A DNA stretch of 64,000 nucleotides from Patescibacteria group bacterium (GTDB lineage: Bacteria; Patescibacteriota; UBA1384; XYA2-FULL-43-10; 1-14-0-10-43-13). Positions 1 through 10,731 of the stretch are shown here, in pieces. Position 1 is the stretch's first letter. Each line of letters starts with the position of its first letter. The DNA is taken from contig JBAZBD010000001.1 in NCBI GenBank assembly GCA_041671645.1, forward strand, positions 479,234-543,233. Reading direction: 5' to 3'. The notes below the pieces were generated by a model. That model was given only the letters and a program-made list of their open reading frames with translations. It was not told where the DNA came from and ran no database searches. The position numbers and the translations under genes are program-made.

Positions 1-2
1 GT

Positions 3-152
3 AAAAGCATCGAATTAATTACAGATTCAACAACTGCGCCCACTAAGTATATCGTCTACGGCGAGAGCGTAGTAACTGCTGGTTCGTTCTTGTCTTACTA
101 CACTGGTAAGATTTATGAGAAAGTTACTGCAGAGCCAATTGTGGCTAAATAG
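3..152 (+). CDS. 3' end of a CDS truncated by the window edge, probably a pilin-like protein
   Basis: Open frame KSIELITDSTTAPTKYIVYG...IVAK* ending in TAG at 150-152; TKYIVYG resembles TAYVIYA in the next pilin. Confidence 0.5.
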   Translation, partial: KSIELITDSTTAPTKYIVYGESVVTAGSFLSYYTGKIYEKVTAEPIVAK

Positions 153-215
153 TTTTTCTTACGCTTGGCGGGAAGCTCCTGCCAAGTTAAGAGAATCAAA
201 AATAAAAGGAGATGG

Positions 216-761
216 ATGAAAAAGGGTTTTACTTTGATCGAACTATTGGTGGTGGTCAGTATTATAGGTATCCTTGCGACCGTGTTGGTCGTCAATCTTT
301 CTACATCTCAGGTCAAAGCGCGAAATGCCCGCATCCAAAACGATGTAGAGCAACTCTCGAGTGCTGCAGAAATTATTCTTTTGGGTTCGGCGGCTTTTAC
401 CGGAAGCTCGATCGGTCTAAAAACTGATGATTTAAGTTTGCCCATCAAATCAGGCAATACAGCGCCTCGAATATCAGTGGGAGTCAATTCATTTCGTGAG
501 GAGGGTTCAACGGTCAATCTTATAGCTAGCCCACCCTCTAACCCAGCCTCGAATGTAGCTACTGATAAATATCATTATTATTTTATGAAGACTAACGCTA
601 CCGGCACGGCCTATGTAATTTATGCTATGGCCGCAGATACTTTTAAGGGCACTGACTCTCCTACGTTAGCTACCGGAGATAAGTTCTACTTCTGTAAGAC
701 TGGGAAAGCATGCAGCATCAAGATATTGACCGATACTGACGCGGCGACCCCATCCTATTAA
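216..761 (+). CDS. Type IV pilin / PulG-like prepilin
   Basis: MKKG|FTLIELLVVVSIIGILA class III signal peptide; AGGAGA RBS before ATG 216; C-terminal Cys pair. Confidence 0.9.
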   Translation: MKKGFTLIELLVVVSIIGILATVLVVNLSTSQVKARNARIQNDVEQLSSAAEIILLGSAAFTGSSIGLKTDDLSLPIKSGNTAPRISVGVNSFREEGSTVNLIASPPSNPASNVATDKYHYYFMKTNATGTAYVIYAMAADTFKGTDSPTLATGDKFYFCKTGKACSIKILTDTDAATPSY

Positions 762-818
762 ATTTTGCATCATTCCTCTGCATCGAGTACAATATTGATA
801 TATTAAGCAGAGGAGAAC

Positions 819-1586
819 ATGTTATATAATTCTATCCTGATATTCGTAATAGGTCTCGCAATTGGCTCGTTTCTCAACGTAGTCATTTTGCGTATGGATG
901 AGCTCAAGACAATCATCAATTCTAGGTCTCATTGTCCCGATTGTCGCAAGACCATCGCCTGGTACGATCTGATCCCTTTTGTCTCCTTCGTCCTGCTTTG
1001 GGGGAAATGCCGCAATTGTGGCAAGAAGATTTCATGGCAATATCCGCTGGTAGAGCTTGGTGTCGGATCGGTATTTCTGATTCTATTCCTATTTTTCAGT
1101 TTCACACCGCTATTCTTCCTCTATGCGCTAATCTTCTCACTGCTCACCGTAGTCTTTGTCTATGATCTTCGGACGCAGACAGTGCCTGAGGCCTTTGTCT
1201 GGGCGGCTCTGATCTTGTCTCTTGGCACATTTTATTTCATCAAAGGCCAACCAGCGATACCAATGCTCGAGGGCGCCTTGCTTGCTGGAGGATTCTTAGC
1301 ACTACTTGTCTATACGTCCAAAGAGAAGTGGATGGGAGCGGGGGATATCAAGATTGGGCTTATCCTTGGACTTCTGGCCGGTTTCCCTGGTGCCTTGCTG
1401 GCGATGTTTTTCTCATTTTTCTCTGGCTCTATTCTCGGATTGATTTACCTCTTTGCGACTCGCGGGAAAGTGGATAAGAAGGGGCTAAAGACCTCTTTGC
1501 CCTTTGCGCCGTTCCTTATCCTGTCTTCGTTTTTGGTCATTACTTATGGTAAAATAGTAGTAGACTGGTATTTCGGCTTGTTTTAA
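819..1586 (+). CDS. pilD: Prepilin peptidase (A24)
   Basis: GSFLNVVI, RSHCPDC...GKCRNC zinc motifs, MGAGDIK, LPFAPFL. Confidence 0.95.
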   Translation: MLYNSILIFVIGLAIGSFLNVVILRMDELKTIINSRSHCPDCRKTIAWYDLIPFVSFVLLWGKCRNCGKKISWQYPLVELGVGSVFLILFLFFSFTPLFFLYALIFSLLTVVFVYDLRTQTVPEAFVWAALILSLGTFYFIKGQPAIPMLEGALLAGGFLALLVYTSKEKWMGAGDIKIGLILGLLAGFPGALLAMFFSFFSGSILGLIYLFATRGKVDKKGLKTSLPFAPFLILSSFLVITYGKIVVDWYFGLF

Positions 1587-1600
1587 TAATCGGAGAGGGA

Positions 1601-2119
1601 GTGATCAGAAAAGCCTACACCTTAATCGAGCTCCTGGTGGCTATGGGTATTATGGGCCTACTTTTGACGGTAGGGATCCCTTCTTTTAGTGGTTTCAACA
1701 ACTCAATAAATTTCAAAGACAAGGTGGATGAGGTCAATAGCCTGATCAATCAGACTTATCTGATGTCTCGTAATCCCGACAGTTTGTCGACAGTTCAATA
1801 TCAGGTCAGTGTCGACGTGGATGATTCGACGAAGTTGAATCTTTCGAATTGTATCGAAGTTGATGCTGTCTCAGGGTTATGTATAAATGACAACGTTATA
1901 AAAACGGTGACACTTTCGGCGGGCGAAGAGTTCCAGGCAGGAACTTTTGGCCTCGGTGAGAGTTATATCGTTTGCCCGACTAATCTAGAAAAAAGCTGTG
2001 TGATTGGCAGCAACCCCGTGACGTTTTCGATTATGGATTCACGAGTGTCAAAGCAGGCAGATTTTACAGCCGAAACTGGCCCGTTTAAAGTTAAAACCGA
2101 GATTTCGGTGGTCAATTGA
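1601..2119 (+). CDS. Minor pilin, FimT/GspH-like
   Basis: RKA|YTLIELLVAMGIMGLL N-methylation motif; GTG start after GGAGAGG. Confidence 0.85.
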   Translation: MIRKAYTLIELLVAMGIMGLLLTVGIPSFSGFNNSINFKDKVDEVNSLINQTYLMSRNPDSLSTVQYQVSVDVDDSTKLNLSNCIEVDAVSGLCINDNVIKTVTLSAGEEFQAGTFGLGESYIVCPTNLEKSCVIGSNPVTFSIMDSRVSKQADFTAETGPFKVKTEISVVN

Positions 2120-2685
2120 TGTTTAACAAATCAACAAAATTAGCATTTGGATTGATAGAGGTAATGGTTGCATCGGCAATGATTTTGATGGTCTTGATCG
2201 CACTCACCATGGCTACCAAATCTTCGCTCAAAGGAAATCAGGATATTCACCTGCGCGCCTCGGCTTTGTTTCTGGCTCAGGAGGGTATTGAAGCCGTTAG
2301 GGGGATTCGAGACAACAATTGGAGCAGCAACTCCGGTGCGGGTTGGAAAGCTTTGCAATGGAGTGGCAATACTCTTGTCGAAGTAGATTTGACCAACCCA
2401 AGTTGTTATAAAATTGAATTTAAGGAAATTATCAAAAGCTTTGGCCTGACAGCGATAACCTGTCCTGGTAATGTCGGTGATACGGTCGCTCAGGAATCCG
2501 TCCAGATCGAGATTGACAACCCAGACACATTTTATCGATACATTAAGATTGAATCTGCTGGCGGCCTTGGTGATTCAATAGCGAACGACGACAATGCGCT
2601 GAAAGCCACTGCACATGTAACATACGGAGATGGCAAGCAGGTTAGCGTGAGTGAATTACTTACTGATTGGCTACCCAAATACTAG
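2119..2685 (+). CDS. Minor pilin, PilV-like
   Basis: AFGLIEVMVAS; ALFLAQEGIEAVRGIRD motif; C-terminal LLTDW; TGATG overlap with upstream gene. Confidence 0.85.
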   Translation: MFNKSTKLAFGLIEVMVASAMILMVLIALTMATKSSLKGNQDIHLRASALFLAQEGIEAVRGIRDNNWSSNSGAGWKALQWSGNTLVEVDLTNPSCYKIEFKEIIKSFGLTAITCPGNVGDTVAQESVQIEIDNPDTFYRYIKIESAGGLGDSIANDDNALKATAHVTYGDGKQVSVSELLTDWLPKY

Positions 2686-2738
2686 AAATGATCAAGGTTC
2701 AATTATCAATTATCAATGATCAATTAATTATCAAATTA

Positions 2739-3476
2739 ATGAAAATTAAAAATAAAATTAGACCGGCTTTTACTCTTATTGAGATACTGATCGCGACGTC
2801 GATTTTCTCATTGCTCATGGTTATGACGAGTGGGATTGTGGCTGAGAGCTCTGGCTATCAGGCCAAGATCAAGGCGCTTCGAAATGTATCGGCGGAGACG
2901 AGAAAAGCAGCTGACTTTATTAGCAATGAAATTAGATCGGCCAACGGCTCGGGTACCGTTGAATATGTCAATTCAGCTGGCTTAAAAAGCGTATCGTATT
3001 CTACGAGCTTGGCAATCTTTAACTGCAATCAGACTTATTGCGATCCGCAATACAGGACGACTGCTGATATCACTACGCCGGGATTCGCTCTGCCTGATCA
3101 CTCGAATCTTACTGGCAACGTCTTGATCACGTTCGTCAAAGAGGACGGGATTGCTCGAGCCCATGTTATTGCTTTCAGGGATAACAACCAACACAAGTTA
3201 TACTTCAAAAAAGTTAGTGCAGACTTGAATATAAATTCTGAAGTCGGATCGATGAGCGAAGATGACGTTTATAGTGGAAAAGAAGAATCTGACGGTACGG
3301 GCGTTGAAATGGCGGCGCATTTTGGTGGATTCGCGCCGGGCAAGGAAGACTTGCACCCGAGACACTCCTATGTTACCTTTCTTGTGACCGCCAGGACGAG
3401 GGGATACGACGATTTGCCTTCGGTTCAGCGTGCAATCGCGTCCATTCGGTCTATGGTAGTAATGCGGAGTTATTAA
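2739..3476 (+). CDS. Minor pilin, PilW/PulJ-like
   Basis: RPA|FTLIEILIATSIFS; ISNEIRSA motif; start moved to ATG 2739. Confidence 0.85.
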   Translation: MKIKNKIRPAFTLIEILIATSIFSLLMVMTSGIVAESSGYQAKIKALRNVSAETRKAADFISNEIRSANGSGTVEYVNSAGLKSVSYSTSLAIFNCNQTYCDPQYRTTADITTPGFALPDHSNLTGNVLITFVKEDGIARAHVIAFRDNNQHKLYFKKVSADLNINSEVGSMSEDDVYSGKEESDGTGVEMAAHFGGFAPGKEDLHPRHSYVTFLVTARTRGYDDLPSVQRAIASIRSMVVMRSY

Positions 3477-3477
3477 T

Positions 3478-3918
3478 ATGTCAGAAAAGATATTCATCAA
3501 TACAGACGGTGGTTCTAGAGGAAATCCAGGTCCTTGCGGAATTGGAATTGTTTTTTTTGATGAGAAGGGGCAAGAGTTTCATCGTCATGATGAATACATT
3601 GGTGAGGGTACGAATAACACAGCTGAATACCGCGCCATTATCAAAGCCTTGGAAATACTGACCAAAAGTAAATGGTTTGTTGAGAACAACAGCAAAGAGA
3701 ACGAGGTCGTCTGCCGTCTCGACAGCCAACTGGTCGTAGAGCAGATCAATGGACGTTACAAAGTCAAACAGTCTCATATAGCTGAGTATATGGAAGAGAT
3801 CAAAAAACTACTCTCCCAGAGTATTGTAAGGGTTTCCTTCGTACACATTCCAAGAGAGCAAAATAAAATTGCCGACCGCCTGGTGAACAAAGCTCTCGAC
3901 GCAAAGACTGTGTGGTGA
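3478..3918 (+). CDS. rnhA: Ribonuclease HI family
   Basis: NTDGGSRGNPG, TNNTAEY, DSQLVVEQ, HIPREQNKIAD. Confidence 0.92.
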   Translation: MSEKIFINTDGGSRGNPGPCGIGIVFFDEKGQEFHRHDEYIGEGTNNTAEYRAIIKALEILTKSKWFVENNSKENEVVCRLDSQLVVEQINGRYKVKQSHIAEYMEEIKKLLSQSIVRVSFVHIPREQNKIADRLVNKALDAKTVW

Positions 3919-3919
3919 G

Positions 3920-5680
3920 ATGTTAAAAACAAAATATCCGCTGTATATATTAGTCTTTTGTCTGATGGTCGGTGGATTTTTTTTGATCTCGATTTATCGC
4001 AAACCGACTATCTCTCTCAATACAAATTCGTCCAATCTGATTGATCTCAGCGCCGACACTGTCAGTGCGAAAATATCTACTCTCATCGTCCCGCACCATG
4101 ATTTGGTCGCAGAAAAGCGAGCCAAGCTGTTCGAACTGGCCATGAATTATACTGATTACCCCGACACTATCATATTGGTCTCGACCAACCATTTTGATAC
4201 TGGAAGTTATGACATTTTGACGACAGACAAAACCTGGAATCTGGCCAGTGGAAAGCTACGGCCAGACTCGGCGATAATTGCTTCGTTGGTCAAGAAGAAT
4301 TTAGTCGCAGTTCAGGAAACAGCTTTTGCTGGCGAGCATGGGATTGCCAATATTTTGCCTGATATCTACTTGAATTTTCCTGATTCAGAAATTGTGCCGA
4401 TAATTATCAAGCCAAAAACCGAAAAGGTTATCTTGGACAATTTGCTGGTCGGCTTGAACGAAGCTTGTATCAATAATTGTCTTTTGGTCGATTCTGTTGA
4501 TTTTTCTCATTACCAACCTGCCTCTCTGGCGCAAATTCACGATGATTTTACCATCCGCGCGCTCAATAATCTCGACGAAAGTTCGATCTTGAAATCAGAG
4601 GTTGACTCAGTCGAGAGCCTATATCTCGGTATGAAGTGGGCCGAAGGCAAAAACGCGAAGAAATTCAATCTAGTCGAAAATACAAATTCTGGTGTGATTG
4701 CTTCGGACCGTGACGTAGAGTCAACATCCTACGTCTTTGGTTGGTATGAGCAGGGGATTGCCAACAAAAAGATCGAGGATTCAGTTAGTTTCACGATCGG
4801 TGGCGACATGATGTTCGATCGCTTGGTTGATTATACCTTCCGCGGCGACAAGATATTCGATATTTTCAGTAACCTTGGCGACAGAACATTTTGGGGCACT
4901 GATCTTGCGATTGCAAATCTTGAAGGTCCAATTAGTGCTACTCCGATTCCTGCTGACGGGACGAGAGACAGCCTGGTGTTTAATTTCCCGCCCAAAACGA
5001 CTGATGTTCTTTTGGGGCTTCATTTTAACGCTCTGAGCCTGGCCAACAATCACGCGCTAAACCATGGGAAATCTGGCTTTGAAAATACAATCAAAGTGCT
5101 TAACGAAGCGGGGATTAGGCCAATTGGGAGTCAAAATACTTTCGACGAAACTTCAGTAGCTGAGTTTGGCTTGCCAGGCAAAAAGATATCAGTGATTACG
5201 ATTGAATCGTTGGAAGTCTCGAAAAATTTAACCGAAGTTATTCAGGCAGAAAAAGCCAAAGGCAATAAGGTTTTGGTTTTCCCGCATTGGGGCACAGAAT
5301 ATGAGCCGATTCATTCTATTGCCCAAGCCAAACTTGCCTACGCTTGGATTGACGCGGGCGCCGATATTGTGATCGGTAGCCATCCCCATGTGATCCAGGA
5401 CGCGGAGATATACAAGGGGAAGCCCATATTCTACTCACTTGGTAATTTACTTTTTGACCAAACATTTTCTGCTCCCACCCAGCACGGACTGATAATTGCA
5501 GGCGAGTTTAAAGGTGACAATTTAAGTCTAGTATTGCTTCCGACAGTTCAAAACAAGCTCAAACCTGAGCTTTTGACTGGTCAGGAAAAAACAGATTTTA
5601 TTACCAAAATGCGAGGCTATCTAAATCTGCCAGTGGCCAATCAGGGCTTGAATTATGATAAAATAGAAATAAGTATATAA
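3920..5680 (+). CDS. Memo/AmmeMemoRadiSam protein B-like domain fused to CapA (PGA_cap) metallophosphatase-like domain, N-terminal TM anchor
   Basis: IVPHH, STNH, GEHG, SVDFSHY (Memo); GDMMFDR, NLEG, LANNH, PHWG, GSHPHV, YSLGN (CapA). Confidence 0.85.
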   Translation: MLKTKYPLYILVFCLMVGGFFLISIYRKPTISLNTNSSNLIDLSADTVSAKISTLIVPHHDLVAEKRAKLFELAMNYTDYPDTIILVSTNHFDTGSYDILTTDKTWNLASGKLRPDSAIIASLVKKNLVAVQETAFAGEHGIANILPDIYLNFPDSEIVPIIIKPKTEKVILDNLLVGLNEACINNCLLVDSVDFSHYQPASLAQIHDDFTIRALNNLDESSILKSEVDSVESLYLGMKWAEGKNAKKFNLVENTNSGVIASDRDVESTSYVFGWYEQGIANKKIEDSVSFTIGGDMMFDRLVDYTFRGDKIFDIFSNLGDRTFWGTDLAIANLEGPISATPIPADGTRDSLVFNFPPKTTDVLLGLHFNALSLANNHALNHGKSGFENTIKVLNEAGIRPIGSQNTFDETSVAEFGLPGKKISVITIESLEVSKNLTEVIQAEKAKGNKVLVFPHWGTEYEPIHSIAQAKLAYAWIDAGADIVIGSHPHVIQDAEIYKGKPIFYSLGNLLFDQTFSAPTQHGLIIAGEFKGDNLSLVLLPTVQNKLKPELLTGQEKTDFITKMRGYLNLPVANQGLNYDKIEISI

Positions 5681-5701
5681 ACGAAATATCTAAGGAGGAA
5701 G

Positions 5702-7432
5702 ATGGAAGATCCTATTGAAATAAAAGTGCCGAGCCCGATGAAAGGCTCAGGCATAAAGCGCAAGAAGTGGATGCTCTGGTCTATTGTCGGCGTAGCTGTT
5801 ATCGCGCTAGGCGGATCTGCATACGCTTTTCGCGGGTCTATCTCGGATTGGATCAAGAAAGATGCACCTGTCGTCTCGACTACCTCATCAACTGAAACAC
5901 CCGCTGCTACCTCTGAAGTCACTGACGTTACGCCGACAACACCAGCCACAACCAGTACAGAAATTGTGCCAATTGTTGACGCCGGGGTGACATGGCAGAC
6001 ACCAACCAAATTGGCTGATTTGAAATTGTTTAAATCTGGTGGCGATTTCGAACCGAGTGATGTCGCCTATTATCAGGTTGCCACATTTTCAGCTGGTGGA
6101 TCATTAATTGTTGGCGAGGTAGCATGTGGTCCTGGCGGCCTTTGCTACTATCATTTCAAGAAAGGTGCAGATGGAGTGTATAATTATCTCACAAAACATT
6201 CATCAGACTCGGATTCTCTGAGCGTCTCTAAATATATTGCGACTGTAGTAAATATCGATTCTACTACGAGCTATGCTTCCATCAGTTCTCCCGACCAAAT
6301 CGCAACTGAGAAAAATGTAGTCCTGAAGAGAGCTTGGACAGAGACTTGGTACTCTTCGCTTGTATCTCCTACAAAGATCGCCACGACAAGTTATGGCGAA
6401 ATATTTCGCGTTGCCACTCAACCAACAGCCGCAACTGCTGAGACATCAGCACAATATATTACTTACTACTTGAAACATGCTGATGGGTTGGTTATAGAAT
6501 ATCGTTTGTCTGATAACTTAATGACCGACGATAGCGTGGCCCTGGTCACTTTCACAGGATTAGCCAAGAATACTGAAAAGTACTTTGCTTCGATTATTGC
6601 ATCCCATTGTGGCTCCGGATCGGGGGTATCAATCCTGAGCGACGTTTCAAATATCACCACTCGTCTGAAAGATGCTGGTGTTGCTGACAACGGCAGCAGG
6701 ATTTATTACTTTTCGAGTAACGACGATCTGGCTTTGACGCAGGCCTATACGACATATTCAAACGGTCGAGATGCTGCCAATACGATCACCAAAGAGGCAT
6801 TCCTGGCCAAAAATCCAGTTTTCATCTGGAAAAATCCATTCTCTGATTACGAGACATTCTTCAAACAGGAATTTGCGCCGCTTGGCGAATGTGGCAAGCC
6901 AGTCGTATACCTTTATCCAACCAAAACTACCCAAGTTTCTGTAAACGTCGGAGCTAAGATTACCAAAAGTGAGCCAGCGTATGGAAAAGGCTGGAACGTT
7001 TTGGCCGATCCATCGGGGAAGCTTACCTTGAATAATGTTGTTTACCCAAATCTATTCTGGGAGGGGATTGGCAAGGGAGAATACCCACAAATCTCATCCG
7101 GTTTTGTGGTTAAGAAAGCCGACATCGCGAATACATTAAAAGCACACTTAGCTAAGCTCGGATTAAACAGTCAGGAAAGCGCCGACTTTATGGAGTATTG
7201 GCTGCCCAAGATGCCTGCTACCCCCTATACTCGACTCTCCTGGTTTGGCACAAGTCAAATGGATAGATTGGCTCCTCTGACAGTTTCTCCCAAGCCTGAC
7301 AGTGTAATTCGTATCTTCCTTGATTTTGAAGGATTGAACGCGCCGATTAGCTTGCCAGAGCAGAAACTTAAGTCTATTGAACGTAAGGGCTTCACGGTCG
7401 TAGAGTGGGGTGGATTGCTCAGAGGCAATTAA
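5702..7432 (+). CDS. Membrane-anchored extracellular protein with Thr-rich linker and C-terminal KPVxYLYP...EWGG domain
   Basis: N-terminal TM; [29 protein letters not shown]. Confidence 0.75.
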   Translation: MEDPIEIKVPSPMKGSGIKRKKWMLWSIVGVAVIALGGSAYAFRGSISDWIKKDAPVVSTTSSTETPAATSEVTDVTPTTPATTSTEIVPIVDAGVTWQTPTKLADLKLFKSGGDFEPSDVAYYQVATFSAGGSLIVGEVACGPGGLCYYHFKKGADGVYNYLTKHSSDSDSLSVSKYIATVVNIDSTTSYASISSPDQIATEKNVVLKRAWTETWYSSLVSPTKIATTSYGEIFRVATQPTAATAETSAQYITYYLKHADGLVIEYRLSDNLMTDDSVALVTFTGLAKNTEKYFASIIASHCGSGSGVSILSDVSNITTRLKDAGVADNGSRIYYFSSNDDLALTQAYTTYSNGRDAANTITKEAFLAKNPVFIWKNPFSDYETFFKQEFAPLGECGKPVVYLYPTKTTQVSVNVGAKITKSEPAYGKGWNVLADPSGKLTLNNVVYPNLFWEGIGKGEYPQISSGFVVKKADIANTLKAHLAKLGLNSQESADFMEYWLPKMPATPYTRLSWFGTSQMDRLAPLTVSPKPDSVIRIFLDFEGLNAPISLPEQKLKSIERKGFTVVEWGGLLRGN

Positions 7433-7485
7433 TAAAAGAAACAAGAGAAAGTGTCCCGACTAGTCGGGACACTTTTCGAACAAAA

Positions 7486-7710
7486 ATGAAATTGGTAAAC
7501 GTAAAAGTAGTGCCGGGAGCAAAGGCTGAACAGATCCAGATTTCAATCGACGGAAGTCTCAAGGTTTGGGTCCGGGGCAAACCCGTCGACGGTGAGGCGA
7601 ATCGAGCCGTGATCAAAATCCTGGCCAAATATTTCGAAGTGGCGCCGAGCCTGATAGGGATCAAAAGCGGCCATACCTCGAGAAATAAATTGATCGAAGT
7701 AGATATTTGA
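7486..7710 (+). CDS. DUF167 / YggU family protein
   Basis: [22 protein letters not shown]. Confidence 0.85.
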   Translation: MKLVNVKVVPGAKAEQIQISIDGSLKVWVRGKPVDGEANRAVIKILAKYFEVAPSLIGIKSGHTSRNKLIEVDI

Positions 7711-7798
7711 TAGTTTGATCGTGTGCTTGGTTAACAAACGGTCAGTTTTTTGATATTGTTGTCTTGTAGTATAATTATTTTCTGAAAATGAGGTTTCT

Positions 7799-10711
7799 AT
7801 GAGTTTCAAAAAGATCGATTCTAGATTAAATCTGCCACTTGAAGAAGAAAACATTCTTAAATTTTGGCGTGAAAATAATATTTTCAAACAAACCCTGGAA
7901 AAGGATTCACCAGAAGGCAATTTTGTCTTTTTCGAGGGTCCGCCCACTGCCAATGGTAAGCCTGGCATCCACCACGTACTCGCCAGATCGTTCAAAGATC
8001 TCTTCGCTCGATACAAAACGATGAAAGGATTTAATGTCAAACGCAAAGCTGGCTGGGACACTCATGGTCTGCCAGTAGAGCTTCAAGTCGAGAAGGAATT
8101 GGGGATTTCTGGCAAGGGACAAATTGAAGATATTGTGTCGGGAGACAAAAGGGCTTCAGTTGAGAAGTTCAACAAACTATGTCGCGAATCAGTCTGGAAG
8201 TACAAAGAGGAGTGGGAAAAATTGACTGAGAGAATGGCTTATTGGGTAGATATGGAAGATCCGTACATTACCTATGAACCAAAATATATCGAAAGCGTCT
8301 GGAGCTTGATCGGAGAAATCGACAAAAAAGGTCTATTGTATAAGGGCCACAAGGTTGTGCCATATTGCCCTCGTTGTGGAACTGCGCTTTCTTCTCATGA
8401 AGTAGCTCAGGGATATCAGAATATCAAGGAAGAATCCGTATACGTCAAGATAAAGTCGAAGAAAGAAGATGTATTTTTCCTGGTCTGGACTACTACGCCT
8501 TGGACGCTCGCTGGCAACGCCGCTTTGGCTTTTAGCCCAAACGTTGAGTATGCTCGGGCAAAATTAAACAATGAGGAATATATTATTGCTCTCAATCGCG
8601 TGGAAGCTGTTCTCGGCGCAGAGGCTGAAATTGTAGAGAAGGGCCTGGACGGAGAGGCTATTATCGAGCGATATAATTGTGGCGAGGAGCCTGATTACGA
8701 GGCAATTTATGCGGATGGTGAAGGATATAGTGAGGCGGGCGAGCGGGCTTATCAGTTGATCACTGCCGATTATGTTTCTGACCATGATGGTACAGGAATA
8801 GTTCATATAGCGCCTGCTTTTGGTGCTGATGATTATATCTATGGGTTTCAGCAAAACCGAATTAAGGTTTTGAAGACGGTGGACGAGAAAGGTACTGAGA
8901 TGGCTGGTGCAGGCAAGGGCAAATTTGTGAAAGATGCCGATAATGATGTCAAAGAAGATTTACGAGCGAGGGACATATTATTCAAAGTAGAATCAGTCAA
9001 ACACGATTATCCATTCTGTTGGCGCTGTGATTCTCCACTTATTTATATGGCCAGGGATTCTTGGTATATCGCGATGAGCAAGGTTCGCGAAGAGCTTTTG
9101 AAAAACAATGAAGATATCAATTGGAATCCAGGATATTTGAAAAATGGCAGATTCGGGAATTGGCTAGAGAATATTCAGGACTGGGCGATTTCTAGAGACC
9201 GATATTGGGGAACTCCATTGCCCATCTGGGAGTGTGATAAATGCCAGAAGTATAAGGTCGTTACTTCTCTCGAAGAAATCAAGAATGTTGAGCCACACAA
9301 GCCAGAAATTGACGGAGTAATATTTGATTGTGAATGTGGCGGCAAGATGAAGCGAACGCCGGAAGTTATGGATGTTTGGCTTGACTCTGGCGCTATGCCA
9401 TATGCTCAATATCATGTTCCTTTTGAGAATGTCGAGTTGCAAAAAAGCCAGTTCCCAGCAGACTTTATCTGCGAAGCTGTCGACCAAACGAGAGGTTGGT
9501 TCTACACACTGTTAGCCCTATCCACCATCACTAGCAATACTTCTTCCTACAAGAATGTGATCTCTACTGGCCATGTTTTAGACGCTCATGGCAAGAAAAT
9601 GTCGAAGTCAAAGGGCAATATTATTGAGCCATCTGAAGCCTTTGGAAAGTATGGTGCAGACGTGATCCGCTACTTCTTTTACTCGACCAACCAGCCGGGC
9701 GAGCCAAAATTATTTAATGACAAAGAAGTTATCTCTGTCTCTCGCAATCTTTTCATGACACTTTGGAATGTCTATTCGTTTTTCATGACATACGCCTCAA
9801 TTGATGGATGGAAACCGGATAAGGTCGAAACTCAAAAGTCGAAAGTCAAAAGTCCGATGGTTGAGGTTGAAAGTGTACTCGACGAGTGGATCTTGGCAAA
9901 ACTACAGGAGTTGATCAACCAGGTCAGCGAAGGACTCGATAAGTTTGATCCCTACAAGCCGAGCAATCAGATCATCGATTTTGTTGGTGAGCTTTCAACC
10001 TGGTATGTCCGACGTTCTCGCAGGAGATTTTGGAAAAGCGAGAGTGATTCAGACAAGGAGAGCGCTTATCACACTTTGTATTACGTTTTGATTTCGCTAA
10101 CCAAGATTTTGGCTCCTATGGCTCCAATGTTTGCTGAGACTGTCTACCAAGGGTTGCGAGACGAAAGCGATCCAGAGTCGGTTCACCTGACGGATTTCCC
10201 AAATCAATCAAAGTTTGACCAGAAAATATTGGATGAAATGTCAGAAGCAAGAAATATTGTAGAAGAGGGCTTGTCAAAACGCGCTGAAGCCAAGATCAAA
10301 GTTCGTCAACCGTTAAATTCTATCTCAACTGCAGTTACATTGAGACCTGAGTTTGCTGAGATTATCCTAGAAGAGGTAAATGTTAAAAAAGTTATCGCCA
10401 AGGATTCTGGCGGGACTGAATTAGATATCAATATCACCCCTGAACTCAAATTGGAAGGATTGGCGAGAGAGCTAGTCAGAAGTATTCAGGCTTTGCGAAA
10501 AAACGCTGGATTTGAGGTCGAGAACCGTATCGAAGTGCTATATGACACTGATTCTGAGGAGCTTCTCGAAACCTTCGAAAAATTTCATGACCTGATCTCC
10601 CGTGAAGTGCTGGCCGTATCAATTAAATCTAACCGGAGTGATAGCGGATATTCGGAAGACTTGTTGATTGATGGCGCGAGTATATGGATAAATGTCTCGA
10701 AAACAAATTAA
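7799..10711 (+). CDS. ileS: Isoleucine--tRNA ligase, type 2 (IleRS2-like)
   Basis: EGPPTANGKPGIHH, GWDTHGLP, WTTTPWTL, ISRDRYWG, KMSKS, C-terminal EGLARELVR. Confidence 0.97.
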   Translation: MSFKKIDSRLNLPLEEENILKFWRENNIFKQTLEKDSPEGNFVFFEGPPTANGKPGIHHVLARSFKDLFARYKTMKGFNVKRKAGWDTHGLPVELQVEKELGISGKGQIEDIVSGDKRASVEKFNKLCRESVWKYKEEWEKLTERMAYWVDMEDPYITYEPKYIESVWSLIGEIDKKGLLYKGHKVVPYCPRCGTALSSHEVAQGYQNIKEESVYVKIKSKKEDVFFLVWTTTPWTLAGNAALAFSPNVEYARAKLNNEEYIIALNRVEAVLGAEAEIVEKGLDGEAIIERYNCGEEPDYEAIYADGEGYSEAGERAYQLITADYVSDHDGTGIVHIAPAFGADDYIYGFQQNRIKVLKTVDEKGTEMAGAGKGKFVKDADNDVKEDLRARDILFKVESVKHDYPFCWRCDSPLIYMARDSWYIAMSKVREELLKNNEDINWNPGYLKNGRFGNWLENIQDWAISRDRYWGTPLPIWECDKCQKYKVVTSLEEIKNVEPHKPEIDGVIFDCECGGKMKRTPEVMDVWLDSGAMPYAQYHVPFENVELQKSQFPADFICEAVDQTRGWFYTLLALSTITSNTSSYKNVISTGHVLDAHGKKMSKSKGNIIEPSEAFGKYGADVIRYFFYSTNQPGEPKLFNDKEVISVSRNLFMTLWNVYSFFMTYASIDGWKPDKVETQKSKVKSPMVEVESVLDEWILAKLQELINQVSEGLDKFDPYKPSNQIIDFVGELSTWYVRRSRRRFWKSESDSDKESAYHTLYYVLISLTKILAPMAPMFAETVYQGLRDESDPESVHLTDFPNQSKFDQKILDEMSEARNIVEEGLSKRAEAKIKVRQPLNSISTAVTLRPEFAEIILEEVNVKKVIAKDSGGTELDINITPELKLEGLARELVRSIQALRKNAGFEVENRIEVLYDTDSEELLETFEKFHDLISREVLAVSIKSNRSDSGYSEDLLIDGASIWINVSKTN

Positions 10712-10731
10712 TAGTTTAAATAATATCTATA

